IMG/VR virus record: IMGVR_UViG_3300015607_000582
Coordinates: 32,001 to 96,000 of that record
DNA: 64,000 nt
Source of the DNA: a virus
Lineage: Duplodnaviria; Caudoviricetes
Reading direction: 5' to 3' (one strand)
The position numbers and the translations under genes are program-made. The notes beneath the pieces are model-generated. The model saw nothing but the letters and a program-made list of their open reading frames with translations. It did no database searches and was not told the DNA's origin. Below, piece by piece: positions 9,814-19,074 of the stretch. Numbering within the stretch: position 1 is the stretch's first letter; each line of letters begins with the position of its first letter.

Positions 9814-10541
9814 GTCGTCTCCTTGGTGTAGTCGTAGGTCTGAACGCGAGCGCCGCGTACGGTGTAGTTGCGGTCGCACAGCGACACGTTGATGAGGCGG
9901 GTCGGCTTGGTCGTGCAGTTCCACATGGAGGCGCGGTTGCCCCGCTCCTCGTGGATGTGCCCGCACATGACCGCAGCCGGTGCCACCTCGATGATCTTCT
10001 TGGCCAGCATCGCGCAGCCGACGTTCTCCACCTTCCCACTGTCGCGGGGCACTCGGTCGAGGAACCCCATGGGCGGCCCATGGGACAGCAGGATGTCCGT
10101 CTCGGGGTGGACGTGCCACTCCAGCGCCATGTCGACGCGAGCGTCTCCACGGGGCAGCGAGAAGGCCCAGTTGCGTTGCTGGATCGTCGGCGTGTACGGG
10201 TAGCCCGAGAAGCGCACGCCCTCGATGACCACCGACGGGTCATCGTTGTCGAGCACGAGGACGCCATCGACGTCGTTCAGCAGATCGGTCAGGATCCGGC
10301 GCGTGTCGGGTGCCATCGCCGCGATGTCGTGGTTGCCCCACGAGATGAGCTTCCACGTCGCAGGCTGGCGCTTGAGCCACTTGACGTACTTGGCCTCGAC
10401 CCAGCGCAGCTCCTGCCACTGCTTCCAGTTCTCCGCAGACGAGAGCAGGGGCATGATGTCGCCCACGATGGCGAGCACGTCCGCCTCCGGAGTCGAGTGC
10501 GACAGGAAGCCGTGCTGGTCGCTGACGCCCGCGACCCTCAT
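9810..10541 (-). CDS. Calcineurin-like metallophosphoesterase
   Basis: SDQHG, GD, GNHD, SHGPP and CGHIHE motifs. Confidence 0.9.
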   Translation of the reverse strand: MRVAGVSDQHGFLSHSTPEADVLAIVGDIMPLLSSAENWKQWQELRWVEAKYVKWLKRQPATWKLISWGNHDIAAMAPDTRRILTDLLNDVDGVLVLDNDDPSVVIEGVRFSGYPYTPTIQQRNWAFSLPRGDARVDMALEWHVHPETDILLSHGPPMGFLDRVPRDSGKVENVGCAMLAKKIIEVAPAAVMCGHIHEERGNRASMWNCTTKPTRLINVSLCDRNYTVRGARVQTYDYTKETT

Positions 10542-10699
10542 CCGAAGTCCTCGGGCAGGATCAGGTCGAGACTCAGCGCATCGACGAACTCCTCGACGTA
10601 GTCCTCCATCGGCTTCTCCATGGGCTGGAGCTTCTCCAGCGCCTCGCCGAAGTAGATGATCTCGACCGACTTGCCGCTGGGCAAGACGATCTTGCGCAT
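10538..10699 (-). CDS. Small hypothetical protein (MRKIVLPSGKSVEIIYF...LILPEDFG)
   Basis: 53 aa; AGGAAG RBS upstream, ATGA overlap with the next gene. Confidence 0.65.
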   Translation of the reverse strand: MRKIVLPSGKSVEIIYFGEALEKLQPMEKPMEDYVEEFVDALSLDLILPEDFG

Positions 10700-10716
10700 G
10701 ACGAAGTCCTCTTCCC

Positions 10717-11256
10717 TCACGGTGCCCACTCCTTCATGGTGCGCAGCCGCTGGTGCTGCGTGCTGAACGTCACTGACGTGCGGTTGAACCGACCCGTCGG
10801 GTGCGGCTTGTCGAGCCTGACCCAGTAGTGGGGGTCGCTGGACTGCTCCTCGATGCCGTCGATGACGCCGAGGTGCCAAGTCGCCTCGCCGGGGCGACTG
10901 TAGAGGACACGCTGGCCCTTGTAGAACGCTGGCCCCTCGGTCAGCTCCGGATCGTCCAGCGATTCCTCCGGGCCCTCTCCCTCGTCCGCCATCGGCCACG
11001 TATCCGCGAGCGCGATGGCCGCCTTGAGGTCGGCCACGTCGACCTCAAGGCCCCCGATGCCAGCGCAGTCGATATACACGTTCCCGAGCGTGTAGCTGCG
11101 CTTGACCGCGACCACGCCTCCCCTGTCGCCGCGCACGAGCACCGTGGGGCACTCGGCGGTCAGGAAGTTGACCGGCACGAAGACGTTGGAGTGGTCGTAG
11201 CGCCTTGCGGCCCTGCTCTGCTCGTCGAGGATGTCCTCGCGGCTCTTCTCCTGCAT
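10717..11256 (-). CDS. Hypothetical protein with C-terminal SH3-like segment
   Basis: 179 aa; FYKGQRV...GVI...YWVRLD. RBS AAGGAG. Confidence 0.65.
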   Translation of the reverse strand: MQEKSREDILDEQSRAARRYDHSNVFVPVNFLTAECPTVLVRGDRGGVVAVKRSYTLGNVYIDCAGIGGLEVDVADLKAAIALADTWPMADEGEGPEESLDDPELTEGPAFYKGQRVLYSRPGEATWHLGVIDGIEEQSSDPHYWVRLDKPHPTGRFNRTSVTFSTQHQRLRTMKEWAP

Positions 11257-11278
11257 GATGGTCTCCTTGGTTGAGGAA

Positions 11279-11329
11279 GGCCGGAGAGGGAGTTGAACCC
11301 TCCGAGGCGGAACCTGTTCCGCTCCGGCG
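11279..11329 (-). ncRNA. Miniature tRNA-like element (acceptor stem + one hairpin + T-arm)
   Basis: Minus strand: GCCGGA...TCCGGC acceptor, GCGGAAC/GTTCCGC hairpin, T-arm GAGGG-TTCAACT-CCCTC. Intergenic. Confidence 0.55.
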
Positions 11330-11334
11330 CGGTG

Positions 11335-11871
11335 CTACTGAACCAGCTCGGGCACGTTGAACGCGAGCGGCTGGTCGCTCAGGATGTAGTCGAGGTTCGT
11401 CGTCACCATCGTGCCCTCGGTGGTGAAGAAGAAGATCCCGTCCTCGTTCGGGCCATACGAGCCGTCGTCGCCGGGCGCATTGACCACGGCGGGGATGCAG
11501 GACGAGTTGTGGTCGCCCTTGTGGTCCTTGCAGACCTGCAACTGATCCGTGGTCATCTGCGACTGGGTGCTGCTGACCTTGCCCTTGACGGTGTAGAAGC
11601 CCAGCGGTTCGCCGAACGAGAGCACGTACAGGTACGAGATCGCGTTCGGCTTGTTCGTCCGCATGAGGCGCTCGCGGAGGTTGCGACGCTCCAGCGAGTC
11701 CTTGAGCTTGTCGGCCGGGTACGGGACTGCGGTCGACTGCTGCGAGAACACACGCTCGGTGAGCTTCTCGCCGCTGGCCTGCGCGGTCGTCTTGGGCTCC
11801 TCCGTCTGGCAGCCGGTGAGCAGGAGTGCGGCGATGATCGTCGCGATGATGGTGAGTGTCAGGCGCTTCAT
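11335..11871 (-). CDS. Lipoprotein
   Basis: Signal peptide with LLLTGC lipobox; DDGSYGPNEDGIFFFT motif. Confidence 0.85.
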   Translation of the reverse strand: MKRLTLTIIATIIAALLLTGCQTEEPKTTAQASGEKLTERVFSQQSTAVPYPADKLKDSLERRNLRERLMRTNKPNAISYLYVLSFGEPLGFYTVKGKVSSTQSQMTTDQLQVCKDHKGDHNSSCIPAVVNAPGDDGSYGPNEDGIFFFTTEGTMVTTNLDYILSDQPLAFNVPELVQ

Positions 11872-11873
11872 GT

Positions 11874-12278
11874 TCAGTTCCCCTTGCAGGTCTCGACCGC
11901 GTCGAGCGACGCGGGCAGGTCGATGGCGCGGAAGTCCCGTGCCGTGTACTTGCGGGCGTCGGCGTTGTACTGACCGACGAGCGTCTGGCAGTACGTGATC
12001 GCCCCGGTTGCGGCCGTGCTGTTGGCGTACGACGGATCGGCCTTCGCAGCCGTCTCCAGCGTGACGATGCGCTGCTGCGCCGCGTTGACCTCGGCGTAGA
12101 GATCCTCGAACCGCTCCTGCGCGGCGATGCGGTTGGTGCTGCTGTTCTTCGTCTTGATCGCTTCGCCGCTACCACGGATGTCGCTGACCCAGACCCCGAA
12201 GGCCCAGATCCCCCACGACAGGGCGACGATCAGGACGATTGCCCCGACCGCAGCCGCGATTGCTCCCACTACTCGCAC
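11874..12278 (-). CDS. Membrane-anchored protein, likely partner of the adjacent lipoprotein
   Basis: From GTG 12278: N-terminal TM helix, helical domain with YNADARK motif. Confidence 0.75.
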   Translation of the reverse strand: MRVVGAIAAAVGAIVLIVALSWGIWAFGVWVSDIRGSGEAIKTKNSSTNRIAAQERFEDLYAEVNAAQQRIVTLETAAKADPSYANSTAATGAITYCQTLVGQYNADARKYTARDFRAIDLPASLDAVETCKGN

Positions 12279-12316
12279 TTGGTGCTCCTTGTTCGGTGTG
12301 TTGGTGGGTGGAACGC

Positions 12317-12973
12317 TCAGGGGTACAGCAGCATCTGCGCCAGATGCTCTGCCGCGAGCTTGCGTCGCTTGCGGTCGTACAGGCGACGGCTCGGAGCTGC
12401 CCAGATCAGGATCAGCGGGAAGGCGTACCATCGCCGCTTGATTTCGCGTGTCAGGGCGCGATCCAGCTCGTCCGCCTGCAGGAAGATGTTGCGCCTGCGT
12501 CGGAAGCGGCGGATGTTCCAGAGGTGGACTGCGCCGATCTCGGAGATGGGGCGCGGGTGGCCGTCGAAGGGCTGCCAGAACATCGCCATCCGCTTGATGC
12601 GCTCGCCAGTGAACGCGCTCCAGACGACCTTGCAGTCCGGGCACTGGCTCGCCACGCGGCCCCAGTTCGGATCGTTCAGGCTGAGGAGCCGCGAGAAGTG
12701 CGTCGCGCCGTAGTTGTGCTGCGACTTCGCCGGGATCTCATTGCCCTGCATGCTCTCGCCGCAGAAGTGGCAGTGGAAGTCGTTGTCGTCCAGCTCTCGC
12801 AGCTCTGCGGCTGCGGCGGCCAGCGAGAACGTCACGGTCTCGTCGTTGTCGAACTGCACGATGTAGACAGTCGACTCGACGCCCTGCGATGGCATCTCCA
12901 CCAGCGTCACGCGGGCGACGGTGCCGAGGCCATGGAGCGAGTGCGAAACGCGGTTGCCCGGAATGAAGTGCAT
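12317..12973 (-). CDS. Hypothetical protein, SH3-like N-terminus plus Zn-finger
   Basis: PGNRVSHSLHGLGTV, CHFC...CPDC. RBS GGGAGG. Confidence 0.65.
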   Translation of the reverse strand: MHFIPGNRVSHSLHGLGTVARVTLVEMPSQGVESTVYIVQFDNDETVTFSLAAAAAELRELDDNDFHCHFCGESMQGNEIPAKSQHNYGATHFSRLLSLNDPNWGRVASQCPDCKVVWSAFTGERIKRMAMFWQPFDGHPRPISEIGAVHLWNIRRFRRRRNIFLQADELDRALTREIKRRWYAFPLILIWAAPSRRLYDRKRRKLAAEHLAQMLLYP

Positions 12974-13001
12974 GATGGTCTGTCCCTCCCTTGTGGGAGA
13001 C

Positions 13002-13027
13002 ACACTACGTCATGCGTCGGACGAACC
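13002..13027 (-). promoter_or_regulatory. Class II promoter GGTTCGTCCG-N10-TAGTGT
   Basis: One of 13 copies with invariant 10-nt spacing to a TAnnnT hexamer. Confidence 0.8.
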
Positions 13028-13351
13028 TTCCGCCTCGATCATGGCGTTCACGTAGGGGCCGCTGGTGCATGACGCAGAAGGCGTGTGGGCAACCGAGCCG
13101 CCACCGTCGCACATGCAGAGGTAGGCGATGGCCGCAAGCACGTCTGGACGCGCCATGACCGCCTCCCCGAGCTTGCGATGCAGGTCGTCGAGGATCTCGT
13201 ATGTCGGCGAGTCGCAGGTCTCGAACAGCACCGTGCCGTTGGGCTTGACGTACATGTGCTCGCCGCACACTTCGTCATGCAGTTCGAGGAGGCGTCGATC
13301 CATCTGACGGATCTCGCGGATGAGGTTCAGGTAGTGCAGGGCGTCATCCAC
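13010..13351 (-). CDS. Hypothetical protein
   Basis: 113-aa ORF in the gene chain. Confidence 0.6.
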   Translation of the reverse strand: MDDALHYLNLIREIRQMDRRLLELHDEVCGEHMYVKPNGTVLFETCDSPTYEILDDLHRKLGEAVMARPDVLAAIAYLCMCDGGGSVAHTPSASCTSGPYVNAMIEAEGSSDA

Positions 13352-13502
13352 GTTCCAGCTTCTCCATCTCCACCGCGACCAGCAGTGCTGCGGCGATGCC
13401 GAGCAGCACGTCCCACCAGCTCCTCGTCATTGCGTCCGACATGGCCTGCACGCAGAGCATGACGCTCACGCCCACTGCCATGGAAATCACGAACTTCACC
13501 AT
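13344..13502 (-). CDS. Small two-TM membrane protein
   Basis: Hand-translated MVKFVISMAVGVSVMLCVQ...WWDVLLGIAAALLVAV. RBS AACGGAGGGG. Confidence 0.6.
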   Translation of the reverse strand: MVKFVISMAVGVSVMLCVQAMSDAMTRSWWDVLLGIAAALLVAVEMEKLERG

Positions 13503-13549
13503 CTTGGTCTCCCCTCCGTTTCCCTCTTGCTACCCCTCAGCAGGTGGGC

Positions 13550-14149
13550 TCAATCCACCCACGCCTGCTGTCGGATCTTGTCGAGCTTGAGCATGCGCTC
13601 GATCTTGGGTCGCAGCCGCTGCGTCAGGATCTGCGAGATGCGTCCCTCGGTGACGCCCATCTCCTCGGCGATCTCGCGCAGCTTGTAGCCCTCGATGACG
13701 CGACGCAGGATGGTGGCGTCACGCCCGTCGAACATGAGCGGCAGCCAGTCGCCGAGGATCGACGCCAAGACCTCGTCCTCGACGCTCTCGTTGCTGGGCG
13801 TGAGGTCGGCGAGCGTGATCTCCTGCATGTCGCTGCCCGACGAAGTGACCACCTCGTCGAGCGAGAGTGTGCTGTTGCGCATCTGCCCCTTTGCATGCGG
13901 ATCCTCGGCGGTGCCTCGCCCGAGCCGCTTGCGGTGCCAGTCGGCCGTCGATGACCGAGCGCGGGCCCAGAGGCCGCCGACGTTGTCGACCGGCCAGCGA
14001 ACCATGTCGAGGAGGATGTAGCCCTCCAAGTCGTCGGCGTCCCACCACTCGTTGTTGCGACAGACGCCGCGAGCCCACCTGCGCGCGACGGTGATCCAGT
14101 CGGCGGGGTCGCTAGGATCCAGCTCCACCTCAGCGTGCGCGAAAGCCAC
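13550..14149 (-). CDS. RNA polymerase sigma factor, sigma70 family (FliA/WhiG-like architecture)
   Basis: Region 2-like DADDLEG...ADWHRK, LSLDE linker, region 4 EGYKLREIAEEMGVTEGRISQI. Confidence 0.8.
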   Translation of the reverse strand: MAFAHAEVELDPSDPADWITVARRWARGVCRNNEWWDADDLEGYILLDMVRWPVDNVGGLWARARSSTADWHRKRLGRGTAEDPHAKGQMRNSTLSLDEVVTSSGSDMQEITLADLTPSNESVEDEVLASILGDWLPLMFDGRDATILRRVIEGYKLREIAEEMGVTEGRISQILTQRLRPKIERMLKLDKIRQQAWVD

Positions 14150-14531
14150 GTCGCCCCTCCTGTCGTCGGCGCTGCTCGTCCATCAGCACCCTGTACATCT
14201 TCATGCTGCGGAGGAAGTCCGAGCGGTGGTAGACAGGCTCGCTGTCGAAGTCTGCGGCCCACATCTGGCTCTCGAAGAGGTCTTGTGCCATCTCCCCCTG
14301 TGGCCACCAGTCCATGCAGGGGTCATCGCCCGGCTCCATGCCTACGATGTACATGAAGCCGCGTTCTGCGCGCTCCGCCATGCGGTCGGCGGTACGCTCC
14401 ATGTGCCTGATCGCGTTGTCGATGTGGCTGTCCGTCATGTCCTCGATGGGGATGACGGTGCCATCGCGTGTCGTCCACTTGTGGCCCGAGTAGTTCTTGG
14501 GGCGGCGCAGGTCCTTGAAGACGCCCATCAT
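14130..14531 (-). CDS. Hypothetical protein (WTTRDG..IPIEDMTDSHIDN motif)
   Basis: Start at 14531 inside a longer ORF; common phage motif. Confidence 0.7.
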   Translation of the reverse strand: MMGVFKDLRRPKNYSGHKWTTRDGTVIPIEDMTDSHIDNAIRHMERTADRMAERAERGFMYIVGMEPGDDPCMDWWPQGEMAQDLFESQMWAADFDSEPVYHRSDFLRSMKMYRVLMDEQRRRQEGRRGFRAR

Positions 14532-14743
14532 GCAGCTCCCGTGCCCGCGCAGTGCGGACATGGCGCGTCGCCGACCGGACGGATGATGATGCACCCGTTC
14601 ACGACGTCGACGGTGAACTGGTCGTTGGGCTGGAGCTGCAGCTCTCGCCGCACCCTGTGCGGGAGGGTGATCCGCCCAGTGCCACCCATGTGCCGAATCG
14701 GCAGGGCTGGCATCTTGCCGAGTCGCGTTCGTGTGGTCGCCAT
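14528..14743 (-). CDS. AbrB/MazE/SpoVT-family DNA-binding protein
   Basis: GRITLPHRVRRELQLQPNDQF...IIIRP with C-terminal CPHC. Confidence 0.85.
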   Translation of the reverse strand: MATTRTRLGKMPALPIRHMGGTGRITLPHRVRRELQLQPNDQFTVDVVNGCIIIRPVGDAPCPHCAGTGAA

Positions 14744-14766
14744 CCGTTTCCCCTTCGTAGAGCGAG

Positions 14767-14853
14767 AGGCGAGGTGACGACTCGAACGTCACTCCAGCGC
14801 AGGGCGCCGTGTCCAGATGCGGGTGGTGCTTACGGGACCAGAGCCGCCTCGCC
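14767..14853 (-). ncRNA. tRNA-like RNA with long variable arm and degenerate anticodon arm
   Basis: Acceptor GGCGAGG/CCTCGCC, T-arm TGACG-TTCGAGT-CGTCA, variable arm CGGCGC-CCT-GCGCTG. Immediately downstream of a class II promoter. Confidence 0.65.
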
Positions 14854-14864
14854 TTGTGACTGAC

Positions 14865-14890
14865 ATCGTAGGTGCCGCGTCGGACGAACC
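14865..14890 (-). promoter_or_regulatory. Class II promoter GGTTCGTCCG-N10-TACGAT
   Basis: Motif copy upstream of the tRNA-like RNA and abrB. Confidence 0.8.
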
Positions 14891-15957
14891 TAGCGCCAGC
14901 AGCGGATGGTCGCCCACGCGATTGCGAAGCCCGCGCTGGGCTGGTACTCGCCGCTGACGAACATGGCAATGGACATGCCCGCCATCACGCCGCTCGCGAT
15001 GTGCTGCAGCCATGTGCGCTCGACATCTAGCATGTGACCTGAGCCCTCCTCGGGCACGCGACGTTCATGCAGACCCAGTGCGTGGCATCCGGGCTCGGCT
15101 TGCACGAGGCGCAGGGGTCCACCTCCACCGGGGGCGACGTCACCTGCGTGTACGAGGGCGGCCACCCCGCCTGCACGAACTCCATGGCGGCCTTCCAGCC
15201 TGCCGAGAAGCCCCGGCCGTAGTCATCCTCGCGTTGCGTCATGATCGCCTCCAGTGCAGTCGCACTGGACTGCATCTTCGTACTTGGTCGAGTTGTGGGA
15301 CACCATCGTCGCGCAGCGTCCGCTGTGGTGCGCGTGGCCGCACGCGAGACAGCCGCAGGGCTCGTCTGGGTGGGGTGGCATCGGCTTGTCCCAGAAGTGC
15401 TTGGAGTGGAACGGACAGAGCCGCACGGCGGCCGACAGCCCTCCTCCGAACATCACCGGGAAGACGTAGGTGCAGGAGCACCCCTTGACGATGCACTCGT
15501 CTGCGCGCCGTGCGCGCGAAAGGGATTTTTCACTCGCGCTTGGCAGGTCTTGTCGGCCACCGAGCGGCTGGATCATGCGCCCAGCACCTGCAGTGCCCAG
15601 CCGAGGAGCTGGAGGAAGCCAGCGATGGCCGCGAAGAAGGCCACGAGGACGGCGGCGAGGATGGCCGGGCCGAAGACGTACTCCCACCACTTGCCGCCGT
15701 CACTGGCCGCGATCAGATAGAGGGGGTACACGATGGCCGAGGTGACGACCCAGAGGGCGAAGCCCTGCTGCAGGAGTTCAGGCATCGGGGGCCGCCTTGG
15801 GGCCGTCGCCGAGGAGGATCTCCGTGGCGAGCTGGGACGCCTTGCTGAGCCGCCCCACCATCTCGGCGGGGGTCAGCCAGAGAGCGCCATGCCACTCGAC
15901 GGTCAGCTCCTCCAGCAGGTCGTACGCCTGCTCCGTGAACGATTCGCGGATGCTCAT
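14890..15957 (-). other. Run of five small ORFs (14890-15033, 15027-15242, 15223-15576, 15573-15785, 15778-15957)
   Basis: Overlapping ATGA-type chain; two are hydrophobic and two Cys-rich. Confidence 0.55.
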
Positions 15958-16265
15958 GCCTCGCGCTCCGGTGTGTTGTCGTTGAGCCACTCGGTGAGCC
16001 GCGCGCCTGTCGCGAGCCCCGTCAGCCGAGCGACCTCGTCGCCGTCGACGAGCAGGATGGTGGTGGGCAGGGACATGACGTGGTGGAACTTGGCCGTCAT
16101 CTCCATCTGCTCCGTGTCCACGACGTAGGCCGCTTCGGGGCGCTCCGCCATGACCTTGTCGAAGACGGGGGCGTAGACGCGGCACGGGCCGCACCACGAG
16201 GCCGTGAAGCGCAGCACCGCCGTGCCGGTGTCGAGCTTCTGTCCGGTGTAGGGAACGGGCTTCAT
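15954..16265 (-). CDS. trxA: Thioredoxin
   Basis: FTASWCGPC active site and VMSLPT cis-Pro motif. Confidence 0.9.
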   Translation of the reverse strand: MKPVPYTGQKLDTGTAVLRFTASWCGPCRVYAPVFDKVMAERPEAAYVVDTEQMEMTAKFHHVMSLPTTILLVDGDEVARLTGLATGARLTEWLNDNTPEREA

Positions 16266-16528
16266 GCGTCGACCGCCTCGTACGTCGCCTCGAAGATGTC
16301 GGGCTTGCACGGGTAGAACTCGCCCTGCACACCCTTGATGATGTAGTCGCCGGGCGCTGCGTTCATGTCGCCTTCGAGCGTCTCCACCGACATCAGGTCG
16401 GGAAAGTCCTCGCCGCGACTGACGACGTGGCCCGACCACTTCTCGATGGCCATCGCCGACTCGTTGCCGTCCCAGCGCATGGCCTCGATGACGACCGGCT
16501 TCTTGCGGTACTGCTTCGGCGCGCTCAT
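16262..16528 (-). CDS. PGDYG-like small phage protein (candidate nucleotide sponge)
   Basis: MSAPKQYRKKPVVIEA...PGDYIIKGVQGEFYPCKPDIFEATYE. Confidence 0.8.
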   Translation of the reverse strand: MSAPKQYRKKPVVIEAMRWDGNESAMAIEKWSGHVVSRGEDFPDLMSVETLEGDMNAAPGDYIIKGVQGEFYPCKPDIFEATYEAVDA

Positions 16529-16812
16529 CACGCCCCCTCTCGATTCGGAACGACTGACAGGGAGCCGCTGAACGGGCGGTAGCCCGAGCGCAGCGTCTGG
16601 AACGACACCCACCGGGGCTTGCGGCTCGTGCGAGCCGTGACGATCCGGCCGCCGAGGACGCGGATCTCGACCCGGTCGGCGAGCACGTCGGTGTCGGTGA
16701 TCTCGACCACGCGGGCGAGGTGACGTGGCCCGTCGCCGTAGTCGTAGTTGTCGTAGAACAGGTCGCCGATCTCGGGCCAGTCGCCCGAGCCGATGGGTGG
16801 GGTCGTACTCAT
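16528..16812 (-). CDS. Hypothetical protein (94 aa)
   Basis: Start MSTTPP at 16812 with ATGA overlap. Confidence 0.6.
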   Translation of the reverse strand: MSTTPPIGSGDWPEIGDLFYDNYDYGDGPRHLARVVEITDTDVLADRVEIRVLGGRIVTARTSRKPRWVSFQTLRSGYRPFSGSLSVVPNREGA

Positions 16813-17399
16813 CGCCGCTTCCTCCGCGAGCCCTCGCTCGTGATGTCGTTGCTGTAGTGCCAGACGACCTTGTCGAGCACCTTCTCCAGCCGCACCGGGG
16901 CGAAGTGCGTGGTCTCGACCGAGACGTTGATGTGGGCCGAGCTGCCCTCGTGCGGGTTGTTGTGGACGTGGCCGTGGATGTTGACCGTCTTGGGCAGCAG
17001 GTGCCGCTTGGGGTAGTGCGAGAAGACCACGTCGACGAGCGCGAGCGGGTGGTTGTAGCGGACGTGGATCTCCTCGTCCTTGAGCACCTCGAAGCCGTGG
17101 TCCTCGTACCACTCGTCCTTGTAGTTGTCGTGGTTGCCGCGCAGCAGGATCTTGCGACCGGGCAGCTCGGCCATCTCGGGGATCGGCTCGCCCTGATCCC
17201 AGAAGCACAGGTCGCCGAGGTGCAGGATCGTGTCGCGCTTGCCGACGAGCGAGCGCCAGTTCGAGTACATGAGCTGGTCGACCGCCTCCGGCGTGGGGTA
17301 CGCGGGGGTCGTGCGCCAGCAGTAGCGGTTGATGTTCTTGTGCTGGAAGTGGGTATCCGAGATAACCCACCAGTCGGGCTGGGGTGCGATGGAAGGCAT
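16809..17399 (-). CDS. Calcineurin-like metallophosphoesterase
   Basis: SDTHF, HLGD, GNHD, SHYP and IHGHVH motifs. Confidence 0.9.
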   Translation of the reverse strand: MPSIAPQPDWWVISDTHFQHKNINRYCWRTTPAYPTPEAVDQLMYSNWRSLVGKRDTILHLGDLCFWDQGEPIPEMAELPGRKILLRGNHDNYKDEWYEDHGFEVLKDEEIHVRYNHPLALVDVVFSHYPKRHLLPKTVNIHGHVHNNPHEGSSAHINVSVETTHFAPVRLEKVLDKVVWHYSNDITSEGSRRKRR

Positions 17400-17408
17400 G
17401 CAGTTCTC

Positions 17409-18977
17409 CTAGAGCATGATGAGGCCGATGCCAATCGCGAGCGCGGCGAACGACCACACGTAGCCCATCGCGATGATCGCTCGGGCGTTCTCGATGTTCA
17501 GGCGCTGCAGCGACTGCTGGAGGCCGGTCAGGTTGTCGATCTGCCGGTCGAGGCGCACCTGTCCGTAGAACGTCAGCTGCAGCTTGACGCCGCCGTAGAG
17601 CAGCAGCAGGGCTGCGACGTAGTCGATCACTTCCATGCCCAGTCCCCGATCCACTTGAGCTTGTGGCTCCAAACGCAGAGGTTGCAGCGCCACGAGTAGC
17701 ACGGGCAGCACTCGCAGTACGTGCAGCAGTAGTCGGCGTCTTCGTGGTCGTAGCCGGGGCAGTCCTTGTGGAGATGCTCGCCGCGCGGGAAGCGCAGGAT
17801 GACCCAGCGGACGATGCGCTTGACGACGCCAACTCTCGGCCTGACGGGCATCGGGAACTCCATCGTGGCGTCCTTGCGCGCGGTCACGAGCTTGCTCCGC
17901 GCAGCGGGGCGGCCATGCTGGGCTCGACGCGGAACGCAGCCTTGAGCGCCTGCCGGTGCTTGAGCCAGCTCACGACGCCCAGCTTGAGGTAGGCAGTGTC
18001 CATGGCCTGATCGACGCGCTCGGAGGTCACGGCCGCTCCGTAGTCGCTCTCGCGCACGTCCATCGCCTCGGCGAACGCCCCGAGGACGCCCATGGCGGAG
18101 TCGACCTCGTCGAGCCACTCGTGCAGCACGCCGACGGTCTCGTCGAGGTTGTCGGGGTGCAGGTCCCCGAGTTCCACCTGCTCTTCGCTCATCGCTTCTT
18201 CTCCTCGTTGGTGATGTAGTCGCCTCGGTCGATGCCGTCGGCGACGATCTGCAGGATGCGCTCTGGCGTGTGCGTCGGCGCGATGGGGCCGAGCTGCCTG
18301 ATCCACGAGGCGATGGCGCGCTGCGTGCTGTCGATGCCATCGGCTCGACCAGCGTCGATTCCGATCCCGTACGCCTCGTGCGTGAGCTGCCAGACCTTCT
18401 GGCGCATCACGAGCGCGATGCCGCCGAGGATCGTGTTGGCGTCGATGCGGTGCGAGAGCTTCTGGATCGCGATCTTGCCGTCCACGAGGGCCTGCATGCC
18501 ATCGCTCAGGGGCTCATGCTCCTGATCGCATCCGAGGTCGTCGCAGTCGCAGTAGGTGGGCTCGTCCGGCGTGTCCATGCCAACCATGGTACAGACGCCG
18601 CCGGACGAACCCTCACTGCATCATGCGCGGCCGTGGATGACGGCGAACGCATCATCGAACGCGGCGCAGGCCCGTTCGAGCTGGGCGATGCAGGTGCCCA
18701 TGTGCCACGCGGTGGTGAAGTCGCTGTACGCGCCTCCCACGGCGTCGAGCGTGCCGACGAGGTAGTCGTCGATGTAGGTCTCGCGAGCATGGCCGTGCTG
18801 GCGCATGCCCTCGAACTGGACGCGCATGGCCCGCTCGATGGCGGCCTCGCGGTCGTAGCTGCCGGAGCGGAGCTGGTCGGCGATGGCGAACATGCCCCAG
18901 AGCAGCTCTGCTCCGTCTTCGATTGCCTGCTGGTTGGCGGGAGGCGTCCCGTGCGGCCCTGAGTTGGTCATCGCCAC
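17409..18977 (-). other. Run of five small hypothetical ORFs (17409-17636, 17627-17863, 17884-18192, 18189-18578, 18621-18977)
   Basis: GC3-biased chain; 18578 appears to be a leaderless start. Confidence 0.55.
18586..18611 (-). promoter_or_regulatory. Class II promoter GGTTCGTCCG-N10-TACCAT
   Basis: ATG 7 nt after the -10 hexamer (leaderless). Confidence 0.8.
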
Positions 18978-19017
18978 CTACATCCGGAGCAGGTGGCGAA
19001 AGCGTTCAGAATCAGTT

Positions 19018-19043
19018 GAGGGCCCCGCCGAAGCAGGGCCCTC
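19018..19043 (-). terminator. GC-rich hairpin with UUCG loop (putative terminator)
   Basis: GAGGGCCCTGC-TTCG-GCGGGGCCCTC after the stop of 19075-19473; no U-tract. Confidence 0.55.
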
Positions 19044-19074
19044 GCTGGCATACGGTTGTCGCTCGTACAGCCTA

